From Candidatus Aenigmatarchaeota archaeon (GTDB taxonomy: Archaea; Aenigmatarchaeota; Aenigmatarchaeia; QMZP01; JAFGSV01): 64,000 nucleotides of DNA. The position numbers and the translations under genes were made by a program. Within the stretch, counting starts at the first letter, position 1, and every line of letters starts with the position of its first letter. The notes below the pieces were generated by a model. The model saw only the letters and a list, made by a program, of their open reading frames with translations. It was not told the origin of the DNA and searched no databases. This document shows positions 28,196-38,296 of this stretch, in pieces. The DNA lies in NCBI GenBank assembly GCA_021163005.1, contig JAGGXP010000020.1:164-64163 (forward strand). The letters run 5' to 3'.

Positions 28196-29433
28196 TGACT
28201 GAGCACTTCCTCTATTCTCAAAAGCTGGTTGTACTTTGACAGCCTCTCGGACCTGCACGGCGCTCCGGACTTTATAATGCCGGCGCCTATGCCCACCACC
28301 AGGTCAGCTATGAAGTTGTCGCATGTCTCGCCGGACCTGTGGGAAACCATTACCTTCCATTCATTGTTCATGGCGTATTTTGCTGCTTCCATAGCTTCTG
28401 TCACGGTGCCTATCTGGTTAACCTTAAGCAGCAGGCCGTTGCAGGCGCCCATCTCAACTGCCTTCTCTATCCTCTTTATGTTCGTTACAAGAAGGTCGTC
28501 ACCTATTATAGCGACCTTTTTTCCAAGCTTCTCCGTAATATCGATGAAGCCATGCCAGTCCTCCTCCGCAAACGGGTCCTCAAGCAGTATCACCGGGTAC
28601 CTTTTCGTGAGGTCCTCGTAGAAGTCAAGCATCTCGGATGTGTCCAGCTTCCTGCCCTCAAGGTGATACGCGCCGCTTTTGTAGAAGCCTGATGCAGCAG
28701 AGTCGATGGCCAGCTCTATCTTTCCATGGTAGCCCGTCTCCTCTATGGCCTTCATGATAAGCTCCAGTGCTTCGTCGGCCTTGTCTATCGGTGGTGCGAA
28801 GCCGCCCTCGTCTCCGACATTAACGGCATTGAGTCCGTGCTTCTTCTTTATTATGCCTTTAAGCGTATGGTAGGTTTCCGCAGCCATCCTCAGCGATTCC
28901 GCAAAGGTGCTCCCAAAGGGCTGTATCATGAACTCCTGTATGTCCAGCTTGTTGCCTGCATGGGCCCCGCCGTTTATGACATTCATGGACGGGATGGGCA
29001 TCTTCAATTCCTTGTTTTCCATGAGCTTGGCAAGATACCCGAAGAGTGGCATGTCACTGCCTGCAGCAGCTGCCCTGCATACAGCCATGCTCACGCCTAG
29101 AAGGGCGTTTGCACCGAGTTTGGACTTGTTTTCGGTTCCGTCGAGCTCCCTCAGCACATCATCCAGCTCTCCCTGCTCCCTGACATCCCTGCCTGAAAGC
29201 ATCTTCGCTATGATTGTGTTTACGTTTTCCACAGCCTGCAGGACGCCCTTTCCGCCGTAGCGCTTTCCGCCGTCCCGAAGCTCCACTGCCTCATGCTTTC
29301 CTGTGCTGGCTCCGCTTGGCACAGCAGACCTGTACATGCCGTGACCGGTATGAACGTCAACCTCTACCGTCGGATTTCCCCTTGAATCAAGAATCTCTCT
29401 TGCGTGTATTTTTTTGATTTTGAATTTGTCCAC
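28192..29433 (-). CDS. eno: enolase
   Basis: [19 protein letters not shown] and other enolase signatures. GTG start. Confidence 0.9.
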   Translation of the reverse strand: MDKFKIKKIHAREILDSRGNPTVEVDVHTGHGMYRSAVPSGASTGKHEAVELRDGGKRYGGKGVLQAVENVNTIIAKMLSGRDVREQGELDDVLRELDGTENKSKLGANALLGVSMAVCRAAAAGSDMPLFGYLAKLMENKELKMPIPSMNVINGGAHAGNKLDIQEFMIQPFGSTFAESLRMAAETYHTLKGIIKKKHGLNAVNVGDEGGFAPPIDKADEALELIMKAIEETGYHGKIELAIDSAASGFYKSGAYHLEGRKLDTSEMLDFYEDLTKRYPVILLEDPFAEEDWHGFIDITEKLGKKVAIIGDDLLVTNIKRIEKAVEMGACNGLLLKVNQIGTVTEAMEAAKYAMNNEWKVMVSHRSGETCDNFIADLVVGIGAGIIKSGAPCRSERLSKYNQLLRIEEVLSQ

Positions 29434-29529
29434 AAAACCACCCCTTAACGTTTCCTAATACTAAATGTTGCTCGCGTGGTTTAAATGATTAAAGCCGCGG
29501 CTGAAATGAAAAAATAAAATGGTCAGGAA

Positions 29530-29976
29530 TTACTTCCTGAGCACTATGTCTATTGTAGAAACGTTCAGCTTGTTCTTGTTGTCATCCATTATTTCATCTG
29601 TGCCTATCTGAACGTCCGTTCTGGCTGACTGGATGAACCTGTTCCTAACCACTTCGGCGACATCCACGGCCCTGCTTATGCTTCGTCCCCTGGCCTTGAT
29701 GTGGATCTCGTCCATGCCGTCGGAGAACTGCGTGACCGCCGCAAGAACATAGCTCATTGTGGGCTTCTTGCCCACAAGCACTACATTTTTGCCTATCTTT
29801 TCCCGCCTGCTTTCGGGCTTCTCTTTCTGTGGGTTCTCAGGTTCAGCGGGGGTTTCTGCTGTCTGCTGGACTACTGACTCGGTTTCTGGCTTCTTTGCGT
29901 TCTCTTCGTCAGCAGGTTCTTTCTGTTCTGCCTGTTCATTGAGAACGTTGTCAAGTGCTGTCTGTTCGTCTGCCAT
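29530..29976 (-). CDS. albA: Alba chromatin protein with ~50-aa acidic N-terminal extension
   Basis: Core ..[40 protein letters not shown].. ATG at 29976. Confidence 0.75.
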   Translation of the reverse strand: MADEQTALDNVLNEQAEQKEPADEENAKKPETESVVQQTAETPAEPENPQKEKPESRREKIGKNVVLVGKKPTMSYVLAAVTQFSDGMDEIHIKARGRSISRAVDVAEVVRNRFIQSARTDVQIGTDEIMDDNKNKLNVSTIDIVLRK

Positions 29977-30056
29977 AAAGTTACACCTCCATATCGCTGT
30001 TTATCACTGACCGCAAACGCGGTGTTAGAATCATGGTGAATCTATTTTTTAAATCT

Positions 30057-30848
30057 TCATGGCTGGTTAATTGTTGTAATTGTTATCGGCTTCATGACTG
30101 CCTTCCCATTATCATAGACGGGGAATTTCTGCTTTGTCACTGCTGTGACATTCACCACGCATCCATTTTCGCTGCTGATTATTGCGGTTTCAACTGTGCA
30201 GCAGAAGGTTTCATGCTTCTGGTTTATCTCACCGGGATTGCACGCCTCCAGCTTTGTTCTGGCAGATTCGGCAGCATCCTTCAACTGCCTGTAAAGCTCA
30301 ATGAAGGGGGCATTGACCGTTATGTTTATCAGCGAGCTTCTCTGTATTGTGATGTCCTGAGTTTGGGATATGCGCTTGACTGTGACAGGCGAATCTCCAT
30401 GTGCAACTATCCTCAGCGAGCCTCCGTTAGGGTAAATCCTCACATTCCTGTAAAACGGGATTTCAGCAGGGAACACGAATGTCCCTGTATATTCCTTTGT
30501 GTATTTTTCCATATTTTTGGTTGTCGCGTCCGCAAGGGCCTGAATAAGGACGGCCTCGCCGGTCGCGCTGTCTGCGCTTCCGTCAGACCATAGAGCATTT
30601 CCTCCAGGTATCTCTCCTGACTTTCCCAAGTCGTACATGGCCTGGTAAAGCGACAGCTTCGCAGACTCTTCGAGATAGAGCTTTGCAAGCAATGCAGAGT
30701 CGTCCATTATGTAAACTATGTTGTTTATGCGTATTTCGGTGCTGCTCTTCTGCCAGTTAGAAGCGGATTTCAGGATGAATACTCCAATGACTATGAAAAT
30801 GAGTATAAGGAACGACATGTAAATGATGTTTGCATAAGCCTTCCGCAT
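30057..30848 (-). CDS. secreted/membrane-anchored hypothetical protein (first gene... last in operon)
   Basis: N-terminal TM anchor. The start overlaps the upstream stop. Confidence 0.5.
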   Translation of the reverse strand: MRKAYANIIYMSFLILIFIVIGVFILKSASNWQKSSTEIRINNIVYIMDDSALLAKLYLEESAKLSLYQAMYDLGKSGEIPGGNALWSDGSADSATGEAVLIQALADATTKNMEKYTKEYTGTFVFPAEIPFYRNVRIYPNGGSLRIVAHGDSPVTVKRISQTQDITIQRSSLINITVNAPFIELYRQLKDAAESARTKLEACNPGEINQKHETFCCTVETAIISSENGCVVNVTAVTKQKFPVYDNGKAVMKPITITTINQP

Positions 30849-31822
30849 CAGTCAGTCACCCCCTCATTGAGGTTCCTTATGTCCTGCATGGCTGCATTCA
30901 TGCTTGACTCGCTCGGTATCATCCACTCGAAGTGCATGGCATCCTTCACTGAGTTGAAGTCGCATCCCCAGCGGAAATGATGATTCCTGAAGGCGTCTAC
31001 GACGCATTTCGGGATGTCTGTTATGCAGGTGTTCCTGCCGTTGCATTTGGGATCCTTCGGGCAGTTCGGGTTGTTGCCGGGATTGATGTCTATTGCCAGA
31101 CCGTAGGAATGCATGCTCATCACCTCTGGGTTGTTGGTATTGGGTCTGCAGCTGTATGTGCCTGCATCCCCGGCACCTGCACTTTCGTTCCAGAAGTCGT
31201 ATTTCTTTGTTTCCTCGTCCGTGCATTTCTTTATGTCTTTAACAACTTCCTCGAAGTCATCTGCTGCCAGCTTGTTGACGTACACATCCCTGCCCATGAA
31301 GTTGATGCTGACAAGGTGGTTCCTTATGTATTGGTCATCTCCCTCGGCTCTGCAGTCACCGAACAGCTTGCTCCTCTGCGAAAACGACGAGAAGTCTGTA
31401 GATATGCGGGGAATCGCGAAGGCCGCCTTTCCTGTCCTGCCCCCCGGAAGCGGTATGTCGACATACACCAGCTCCCCTGTCTCGGTGTTGCCATACTTTT
31501 TTACTTCCTTCATGGTTTCATCGTAAAGCCGTATGCCCGTGTCCATGGATGCGGCAAGTTCTTCTATGCCGCTGTCGCTGCAGCCCAGTCCTTCAATGAT
31601 GCATGAGATTATCTCGAGGTTGCTGAACGGTTCCGTCTTTGCCTTCAGCAGCGGCCCGATTTTTCCTGTGCCGTCGTTGATTGAAACAGATATGTCTGCA
31701 TGGGCCTTCAACTGCACAGCCTTTGACAGGAACGGAATGGTGTGAATAATCATCACCACTGCCAGCACTGCCAGAGACACTAATATCAGCCCCGCAAATC
31801 CTATTGAAGCCTTCTTCATCAT
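30848..31822 (-). CDS. membrane-anchored LAS/M15-family peptidase (D-Ala-D-Ala carboxypeptidase/L-Ala-D-Glu endopeptidase-like)
   Basis: N-terminal TM helix. SMHSYGLAIDIN (SxHxxGxAxD) and FRWGCDF..DAMHFEW motifs match the M15/VanY-type zinc peptidase signatures. Confidence 0.6.
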   Translation of the reverse strand: MMKKASIGFAGLILVSLAVLAVVMIIHTIPFLSKAVQLKAHADISVSINDGTGKIGPLLKAKTEPFSNLEIISCIIEGLGCSDSGIEELAASMDTGIRLYDETMKEVKKYGNTETGELVYVDIPLPGGRTGKAAFAIPRISTDFSSFSQRSKLFGDCRAEGDDQYIRNHLVSINFMGRDVYVNKLAADDFEEVVKDIKKCTDEETKKYDFWNESAGAGDAGTYSCRPNTNNPEVMSMHSYGLAIDINPGNNPNCPKDPKCNGRNTCITDIPKCVVDAFRNHHFRWGCDFNSVKDAMHFEWMIPSESSMNAAMQDIRNLNEGVTD

Positions 31823-31826
31823 GACA

Positions 31827-33278
31827 TCACCCTGAAAGAGCCTTCCTCAGCTCGCCATACCTCAGCATGACCATCTCCACGTAATTGTCGTGCTCCCTCT
31901 TTACATTATCATTGTCTGTGTCCGGGCATCCCCAGCCCACGTATCCCCTGACAGCCGCCTTCCAGCCGCTGTATTGGAGCGTTCTGAAGCATCCCTCTGC
32001 CGAATGCCCATTCTTGTAGGTGTCGTATTTTTCACTGAGCAGCTTTATGCCCTCCCTGATATTCGTTTCAGGGTCATCATAACCTCTGACGTCTTTTGAT
32101 ATCTGCATCAGCCCGCAGTATCCGTAGTCATTGCATAGGCTGCCCTGGGAAGGCTCTTGGGTGCATGATGATTCCTGCATCATTATTGACAGGGGAAGCA
32201 GCGGGTCTGGTATGCCGTATTCCTTGGAATACTCCACAATCCACGAGGCGTAATCACTGCACGAGGTGCCGCAGGAGCATCTCCTGTTTATTATGAGGCC
32301 GATCGTGTTGGCATGGTGTATCGCACTGAGAACATCCGCAGGCGTCCTGTCTGCTGGCGTGACCTCAATGCCTGCCGCGTCGCTCCATTCACTTCCGCTG
32401 CCGGAACCGCCAAAGCCTCCCCCTCCGTAATCAAAGCCGCTTGTGTATTCGGCACGTCTTTCCATGTCGATGTCCAGCTTCAGAGGGACGGCGAAATCAC
32501 CGGCGAAGCGTATGCATACCTTCTTCCCGCGGGTGCTGTCACACTCCCAGCTGCCGCTGAAAGTCTCGGTGACTATCCTTTTCAATCCTGAGTTCGGCAG
32601 TATTTCCTTTGCGCTTATCCCTGCCTCGGGCTCAATCCAGGCAAGGATGTCATCCTCGCCGTTGAAGACAGGCGTGACTATCTGTTTCTTTATGTCGTCT
32701 GCGCCCATGAGCTGATTCTGAAGCACAGAGAGGCTGCTGCAGGCAACTGGTCTGTAGTTTCCATTCACGGCAGCGGTGTCACTGCATGTGTAGCTGCTGT
32801 AGATGTCGACAGCCATGTTGTGCTCATCGAGCCTGTAGGCATGGATGACGTAATCCCTTCCACTTTCGAGTATGGTCTGCTTCTTGTCGAGCACGGGCAT
32901 TATCGGTGATTTCATCGTCAGGTAGACAGTATGTTCAACTCTTCCCTTTTTCCCGTCAAAAACCCATGTTCCTCCCGAAGGTATGGTACTTAGCTTCATG
33001 AAATTGTCGGATAGCCCGAGCGACTGCGGACCCTCCGTGGACATGGAACTCATCTTAAGGTATTCCGTCTCAGTGCCGGTGCCTGCGAATGCCGCCAGCC
33101 TGCCTGCGGCGAGGTTTGCATATTCCATCGACCGTAGCTCGTCGCTTGATGTCGCTGTGTTAATGGAGAAGGCTATAAGCGGGGCAACTACCAGTGTGAG
33201 CAGCAGCAGCAGTATGGCTATGAATATGATTGTGCCGGCGGAGAATTCTATGTCTATGTCCATCTGCCCTTTCAGCAT
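31827..33278 (-). CDS. membrane-anchored protein with C-terminal SLT lytic transglycosylase domain
   Basis: MMQESSCTQEPSQGSLCNDYGYCGLMQIS contains the catalytic E-S..GLMQ motif of family 1 SLT/GH23. N-terminal hydrophobic anchor and a Gly-rich linker GGGGFGGSGSGS. Confidence 0.65.
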   Translation of the reverse strand: MLKGQMDIDIEFSAGTIIFIAILLLLLTLVVAPLIAFSINTATSSDELRSMEYANLAAGRLAAFAGTGTETEYLKMSSMSTEGPQSLGLSDNFMKLSTIPSGGTWVFDGKKGRVEHTVYLTMKSPIMPVLDKKQTILESGRDYVIHAYRLDEHNMAVDIYSSYTCSDTAAVNGNYRPVACSSLSVLQNQLMGADDIKKQIVTPVFNGEDDILAWIEPEAGISAKEILPNSGLKRIVTETFSGSWECDSTRGKKVCIRFAGDFAVPLKLDIDMERRAEYTSGFDYGGGGFGGSGSGSEWSDAAGIEVTPADRTPADVLSAIHHANTIGLIINRRCSCGTSCSDYASWIVEYSKEYGIPDPLLPLSIMMQESSCTQEPSQGSLCNDYGYCGLMQISKDVRGYDDPETNIREGIKLLSEKYDTYKNGHSAEGCFRTLQYSGWKAAVRGYVGWGCPDTDNDNVKREHDNYVEMVMLRYGELRKALSG

Positions 33279-33706
33279 GCGTCCACCTCGGCATAAGGCA
33301 TTTCAGGCCTCTTGGTTATGCAGATAGATTGTGGTTTTGTTATGGTCTTTTCAAAGCCCCCGCTGGCGGGAAGCGTGTTTATCCTGCTCGGGCTCTTCGA
33401 GGTCTTGCCGGATATTTTGTATTCGTTTATAACATACCACCCGGCCCTCTCAATCTCATAGCCGTCCTTTTTTCCCTTCTCCTCATAGGATATGCTCAGA
33501 GATTCTACGGAGTCCAGAGCCACCGGTATGCGCACAGAGCCCGCCTCTAAAGACGAAAGCGTGTCTATGTACAGCGCCACTGTGTCGCCGAGGCTGAAGG
33601 GATTGTCTTCGCTTAACGGGCCCACAACCCTCGTTGCTATGATGAAGAAGAAAAGCGATATGATTATTGCGAATGCCACGACAACAGCCAGCCTGGATGC
33701 CTCCAT
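33272..33706 (-). CDS. small membrane-anchored hypothetical protein
   Basis: N-terminal TM. ATGA coupling with the upstream gene. Confidence 0.45.
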   Translation of the reverse strand: MEASRLAVVVAFAIIISLFFFIIATRVVGPLSEDNPFSLGDTVALYIDTLSSLEAGSVRIPVALDSVESLSISYEEKGKKDGYEIERAGWYVINEYKISGKTSKSPSRINTLPASGGFEKTITKPQSICITKRPEMPYAEVDAC

Positions 33707-34318
33707 TCAACCACCACTGCCCGTGCTTTCAGAATAAACTATGCGGCAGGTCTTGCCTTCTGGGGACGCTTTTACGTAAAGCGGATACGTGCGGCTGAAG
33801 GTTTCTCCGCCGTTTCCCGGGATGCACTCCCAGCTTCCCGTCACCACGTTCCTTTCGCAGGTCTCAATGCCCGGCTGGAGCCCTGTGAAATCGCATTTCA
33901 TTGTGAAGACCGCCGGCTCCGAGTCCCTGAGATACCTGATATCCCTATGTGCCCATGCCTCCTTGATTTTGTCTAATTTCCTCGGCAGTGCTATTATGAA
34001 CGTGCCTGCTCTGCTGTCATCGCAGGCATTTATGCAGGCGCTCGTCTTTTCCGTGCCGTATTGGTTGCATGTGAGCTTGCAGACATTGGAATCACCAGTG
34101 AAGACGATTTTGTAGACACACTGCGAATCAAGCTCCAGGTTCGCCTGAGCACGTATCCTCCCTTCAAGTGGGGCAAGCCCTTTGAGCACCTTGGACCAGC
34201 AGGGATTCGATGTCAGGAGGGACGCCTTGAAAGCGAAAACTACAATCAGAAACAGCACGAACATTATGCCAAGCACTGTTGTCATGGTTTTTACAACAGG
34301 CGCGAGTCCCTTTTGCAT
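33707..34318 (-). CDS. Cys-rich secreted protein with pilin-like N-terminus
   Basis: N-terminus MQKGLAPVV..VLGIMFVLFLIVVFAF has a KG-hydrophobic signature. About 12 Cys. Confidence 0.5.
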   Translation of the reverse strand: MQKGLAPVVKTMTTVLGIMFVLFLIVVFAFKASLLTSNPCWSKVLKGLAPLEGRIRAQANLELDSQCVYKIVFTGDSNVCKLTCNQYGTEKTSACINACDDSRAGTFIIALPRKLDKIKEAWAHRDIRYLRDSEPAVFTMKCDFTGLQPGIETCERNVVTGSWECIPGNGGETFSRTYPLYVKASPEGKTCRIVYSESTGSGG

Positions 34319-34510
34319 ATAGAATAATTGAAGGGCATGTCTTAAATGGGTTTCATCATGAGACGAATGTTGTTATCACATTGAGCACTATGATGCCTAG
34401 CACGAGCGCGAGAATTATGCCTGCTATCATGAGAAACATCGTGGGCAGTGTATCGCCTTTGTGCATAACAATAATTTGCCGGCATGGCTTTTAAATGGGA
34501 ACGAGGCGCG

Positions 34511-35158
34511 TCAGGCGCTGTACCTGCGTATCGTCATCGTGTACTGCGGCACGTTCTGCACCCACGGCCGGCAGTAGCCGCCCTCCCAGCAGTAGCAGTG
34601 GGTCGTCCTGCCGGTATCCGGCACGCATCCTATCTCCGCTATGGTGTCCTGACCGTACTGGTCCACATAGCTTGTCCTTATCAGTTTGTAGAACGCTTCT
34701 ATGCCCTCCTGCGGGGTTTCGTATTTTGCCCACTTCCCGCAGCTCTCCTGCCCCTCCTTCGCCATAATGCAGAAGAAGTTGTTGCAGTCCTCTGTTATGC
34801 CCTCGCATGTGGCCTTTCCGAGTGATGTCTCCTGCTGCGAGACTGCCACGGCAAAAGCAGGGTCTATGTCGTAACTGACGCCGTATTTGTAGAAGGCGTG
34901 GCCCTTGTATTTCAGCTTGGGGCCGCCGTTATGCATCAGGTAGTCCACTATCTGCTTCTCCGTGACCTTCGGGTAGGATGCCGAGAATACAACGCTGCCA
35001 GACGATTCGCCGTAGCTTCCTTGGTAATCGCCACCGCTGCCTGCCGCTTTGTTCACTTCAGGAGCCTTCTTGGACAGCACGGCTGTCGCCACTATTATGG
35101 CTATGACAATCGTAAAAAAGATGAAAATAGACTTTGACAGCTCAATCTGTCCCTTCAT
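34511..35158 (-). CDS. class III signal peptide (prepilin-like) protein with putative murein hydrolase-like domain
   Basis: N-terminus MKGQIELSKSIFIFFTIVIAIIVA. The FAVAVSQQETSLGK segment weakly recalls the catalytic Glu region of GH73/SLT-type hydrolases. That domain call is low confidence. Confidence 0.5.
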   Translation of the reverse strand: MKGQIELSKSIFIFFTIVIAIIVATAVLSKKAPEVNKAAGSGGDYQGSYGESSGSVVFSASYPKVTEKQIVDYLMHNGGPKLKYKGHAFYKYGVSYDIDPAFAVAVSQQETSLGKATCEGITEDCNNFFCIMAKEGQESCGKWAKYETPQEGIEAFYKLIRTSYVDQYGQDTIAEIGCVPDTGRTTHCYCWEGGYCRPWVQNVPQYTMTIRRYSA

Positions 35159-35217
35159 AATTAGTTATGGGCAGGGGCGAATAAAAAATTAAGATGGGAA
35201 ACAGCTGGATTTAGTTG

Positions 35218-35544
35218 TCACTTCTTTACTAAGCTGCATGTACAGGGTGGATAATCCTTCATTATTTCGGAACATTTATTTGAAATTGCATTTGTATTAT
35301 CGGTATTGTCTACCTTGACTGAAAACTGAGACCAGTCTGCTCCCGGAGAACCCGGGTTCAGCTGGCAGTATGTAGCGCACTTCTGCTGGCAGAGGTTTAC
35401 TTTCATCGTGTCTGTGGACCAGATGCCGAGAACGCCCATTATGTTGCCCATCTGCGTCCCGAAGATTGTCATTATGACCAGTGCTGTCACAAGAAGAACT
35501 ATGGCTATTATGACAATGGTCAGTGTGAGCGACAATCCTTTCAT
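35218..35544 (-). CDS. small pilin-like protein with class III signal peptide
   Basis: N-terminus MKGLSLTLTIVIIAIVLLVTALVIM. 108 aa with several Cys. Confidence 0.6.
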   Translation of the reverse strand: MKGLSLTLTIVIIAIVLLVTALVIMTIFGTQMGNIMGVLGIWSTDTMKVNLCQQKCATYCQLNPGSPGADWSQFSVKVDNTDNTNAISNKCSEIMKDYPPCTCSLVKK

Positions 35545-35773
35545 AGTTTATTTATGTCAAAGGGCACTTAAAAATATATTTCCCGTGAGCGTGTCCGGTC
35601 CTTCCGATAATCCACCGTCAGTTGCCGCCTATAAGCACGTCCCTCAGCGGCTTTAGTCCTGATGAGAACCATTGCATGCTGTTGGAGTTCCATGTGAGCA
35701 TTATGCTGGCTATCAAGAGTGTGGCCACGAAAAGCATCACCAGCACAATCACAGTCCTCAGCGTGAATTCCAT

Positions 35774-38263
35774 TCAACCGCCCCCTGCGTTGGGCCATTT
35801 GGTAGATAGTTCAGCACCTACTTGTAATGCACCACCGGTTGCACCAGTTGCTGCCACCAGTGCAATAGCAGTTCCGCCTGACAAAAAGCCCGCGGCTATC
35901 GTGCCTCCCACCGTCACTGCCTGCCCTGCTATATTCAGGGCTATGCTTCCTCCGGTAGGCTGTGCATAGCAGTAGTTGTCTTCCTCAACGCTTCTTTTGT
36001 CGAAATCCGTTACAATGACAGCATCAGGCATCCTGCAGTCTGTCATTGTGTATGTCTCGAATTCAATCCCTGTTCCGGTGTCCATGAATTCCAGCAGTTG
36101 GTGTATTGTGTTTCCAAACTCGGGGTTGATGATACCGCTGCTTATCCCTATCTTGTCGGGATAATAGTCTCCGTTGTTTTCAGTAAGCTCTACCCAGTAG
36201 CCGGCATGTGTACTCATTCCACTGTCAGCAGGGGAACCAAGAGCACTTATACTCCAGTTGTCGCCGTATCTGAAATTAGTGTAAACTGTATTTTTAGTCC
36301 CCATCATATCAGAATAGGTGAATGCTCTGTCATTCATATCTTCTATCATCTTGCAGATTGTGTCACTCTCTCTTTCACTCTTTTCACACCTTTCATAAAC
36401 TCCTGCATACCCAAGGCACCCGGCTCCCGGCATGAATGCGAAGTTCCTGGTTCCATCAATGTTTTTTGGGTTGTAGCTTTCAAGGTATTTTTCTCCGTCA
36501 GCAGTTATTATGCATTTTTTGTCGAAATCGTCAAATCTCAGGAATATTTTGGCATCTTTATATGTGGCCTCTGCCTCCAGATAAGCGCTCGTGTCTGTGT
36601 CGCTCTTCACGATGGGAACTTTCGTTACTCCCGAACCTGTGTCAAAAATGAGATAAGCGTCTTCCAGTGTGTGCCCAGGCCGTGTGTCGAACACCGCGTA
36701 GACGCCGTCAGAGAGCAGAACAGTGGCCCTGTTGTTCCCCACCTGCATGAACTCCGGAAGCTTACCGTCCGCGAAATCAAGGACCTCCCTGACTATCGGG
36801 TCCCTGGCAGGGTCGGCCCTGAAGCTTCCGCCGTTTGTCCTCAGGTATGTGTCCGGCTCAGTACATAACGGGTATTTGTCATTTTTAACAACGGGCTCAT
36901 TGCAGGTTATATCGCCATCTTCATTTGCATAGTATCCGCAAATCACTTCATCGCTCCTCTTCACTTTCATGCTGCTTAGGTAGCATGGAGATGCAAGAAC
37001 GAGTGTTGGTGTGGATTTTCTGAACAGGTGTCTTTTGTACCTGATTATGACCGGCACATCCTTTTCCATATTGAACTGTTCGGGCTCCTCATCCCCTGCC
37101 CGCTTAAACAGTATTGAGTTTTTGTGAGAAGTCAGCTTGCCAATCCAGCTGTCAAGCACATCAGCGGCAGAAAGGGTTGCTATAGCGCCAAGGCCAGTAA
37201 CCACTTTTCCTCCCTGCCTAAAGGCAGCCCCAGGCTTCCCAACGGCTGCCAGCAGCTTGTCCTTCATGTCTTTTTTAATTGCTTCTGCTATTTGTCTTCG
37301 TCCATTAACCTCGGCATCTTTTATGAAGTTCCTTGCTATGTATTTGTCAACAGTAGCAGATCTTTTAATCGCATTCTTTATTCCTCCCATTGCAATTTTC
37401 TCAGCCTCGCTCACTGCGGCCTTTCCGGTAATTGCTCCTATCTTTCCTATTGGAATTGCGGAAGCAGCTATTATAAGTCCGTACATCCACCATGAATCAT
37501 GGAACGTCCACGTATCCTCGCTCATGGGGAACTTCTGCCAGTATACGAGGTACTTCGGGTCGCCGTAGTAGGGTATCCAGTCCTCCGCTTCGGTAATTGT
37601 CTGTGGCAGGTTGAAGTTGTTAACAGTGCATTCCGTGCCGCCGGGAGTTTCCTCACAGGTAACATATGGCTTCATCGGAACGAGCCTCGTGCATTCACAA
37701 TCATCACGGACTGACCTGTCCGGTACAAGTAAGGGATTTCTCTTATGGTATCTCCCGCTGTATGCGATGCAGCCGGGGATTTCGCCGCATACCTTTTCGT
37801 AGTTGTTCGGATCCGTGCATTGTTCCTCGCACTCTTTGTCCGTCTTGATACCTGATTTCCTGTGTATGTAAACTTCCTCCATGAAATAGTCATTCACCAT
37901 CTGCTCCGGTGTGAGCTGGTTTATGTCTGTCGGGAGTGTTGCCTGCGACCCGTAGTAATCCTTGCAGGCAGTTTCCCCCACGCTTCCATAATACTGACTG
38001 CCCTGGGTCACGGAGTTCACTGCGCACACGAGTGCCTCCGTGGACATCTTGGCTGCTTTATAATCGTCTGACGCCGGGGTGTTGATATCTTTGCAGGCAG
38101 GTGAATCAGGCGTCACCTTGCATATGATGCTGCGCATGTTCTCATTGTCATTCACAGAAACGAAAGTCGCGAACATAGCGCCCGCTCCCACTATGAAGAT
38201 GAGCACAAGAATTATCCTCAGTGTCTGGCCCGCAGTAAACTCCATTATGCCCTTTGAAGCCAT
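35774..38263 (-). CDS. large Cys-rich secreted protein with prepilin-like N-terminus and C-terminal Gly/Ala-rich hydrophobic segment (putative filament tip/adhesin)
   Basis: N-terminus ..MASKGIMEFTAGQTLRIILVLIFIVGAGAM. More than 40 Cys. The ORF track starts at 38284; the start is uncertain. Confidence 0.55.
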   Translation of the reverse strand: MASKGIMEFTAGQTLRIILVLIFIVGAGAMFATFVSVNDNENMRSIICKVTPDSPACKDINTPASDDYKAAKMSTEALVCAVNSVTQGSQYYGSVGETACKDYYGSQATLPTDINQLTPEQMVNDYFMEEVYIHRKSGIKTDKECEEQCTDPNNYEKVCGEIPGCIAYSGRYHKRNPLLVPDRSVRDDCECTRLVPMKPYVTCEETPGGTECTVNNFNLPQTITEAEDWIPYYGDPKYLVYWQKFPMSEDTWTFHDSWWMYGLIIAASAIPIGKIGAITGKAAVSEAEKIAMGGIKNAIKRSATVDKYIARNFIKDAEVNGRRQIAEAIKKDMKDKLLAAVGKPGAAFRQGGKVVTGLGAIATLSAADVLDSWIGKLTSHKNSILFKRAGDEEPEQFNMEKDVPVIIRYKRHLFRKSTPTLVLASPCYLSSMKVKRSDEVICGYYANEDGDITCNEPVVKNDKYPLCTEPDTYLRTNGGSFRADPARDPIVREVLDFADGKLPEFMQVGNNRATVLLSDGVYAVFDTRPGHTLEDAYLIFDTGSGVTKVPIVKSDTDTSAYLEAEATYKDAKIFLRFDDFDKKCIITADGEKYLESYNPKNIDGTRNFAFMPGAGCLGYAGVYERCEKSERESDTICKMIEDMNDRAFTYSDMMGTKNTVYTNFRYGDNWSISALGSPADSGMSTHAGYWVELTENNGDYYPDKIGISSGIINPEFGNTIHQLLEFMDTGTGIEFETYTMTDCRMPDAVIVTDFDKRSVEEDNYCYAQPTGGSIALNIAGQAVTVGGTIAAGFLSGGTAIALVAATGATGGALQVGAELSTKWPNAGGG

Positions 38264-38296
38264 AATTATTATTTGAAACAGCACTTTAAATGGTTG

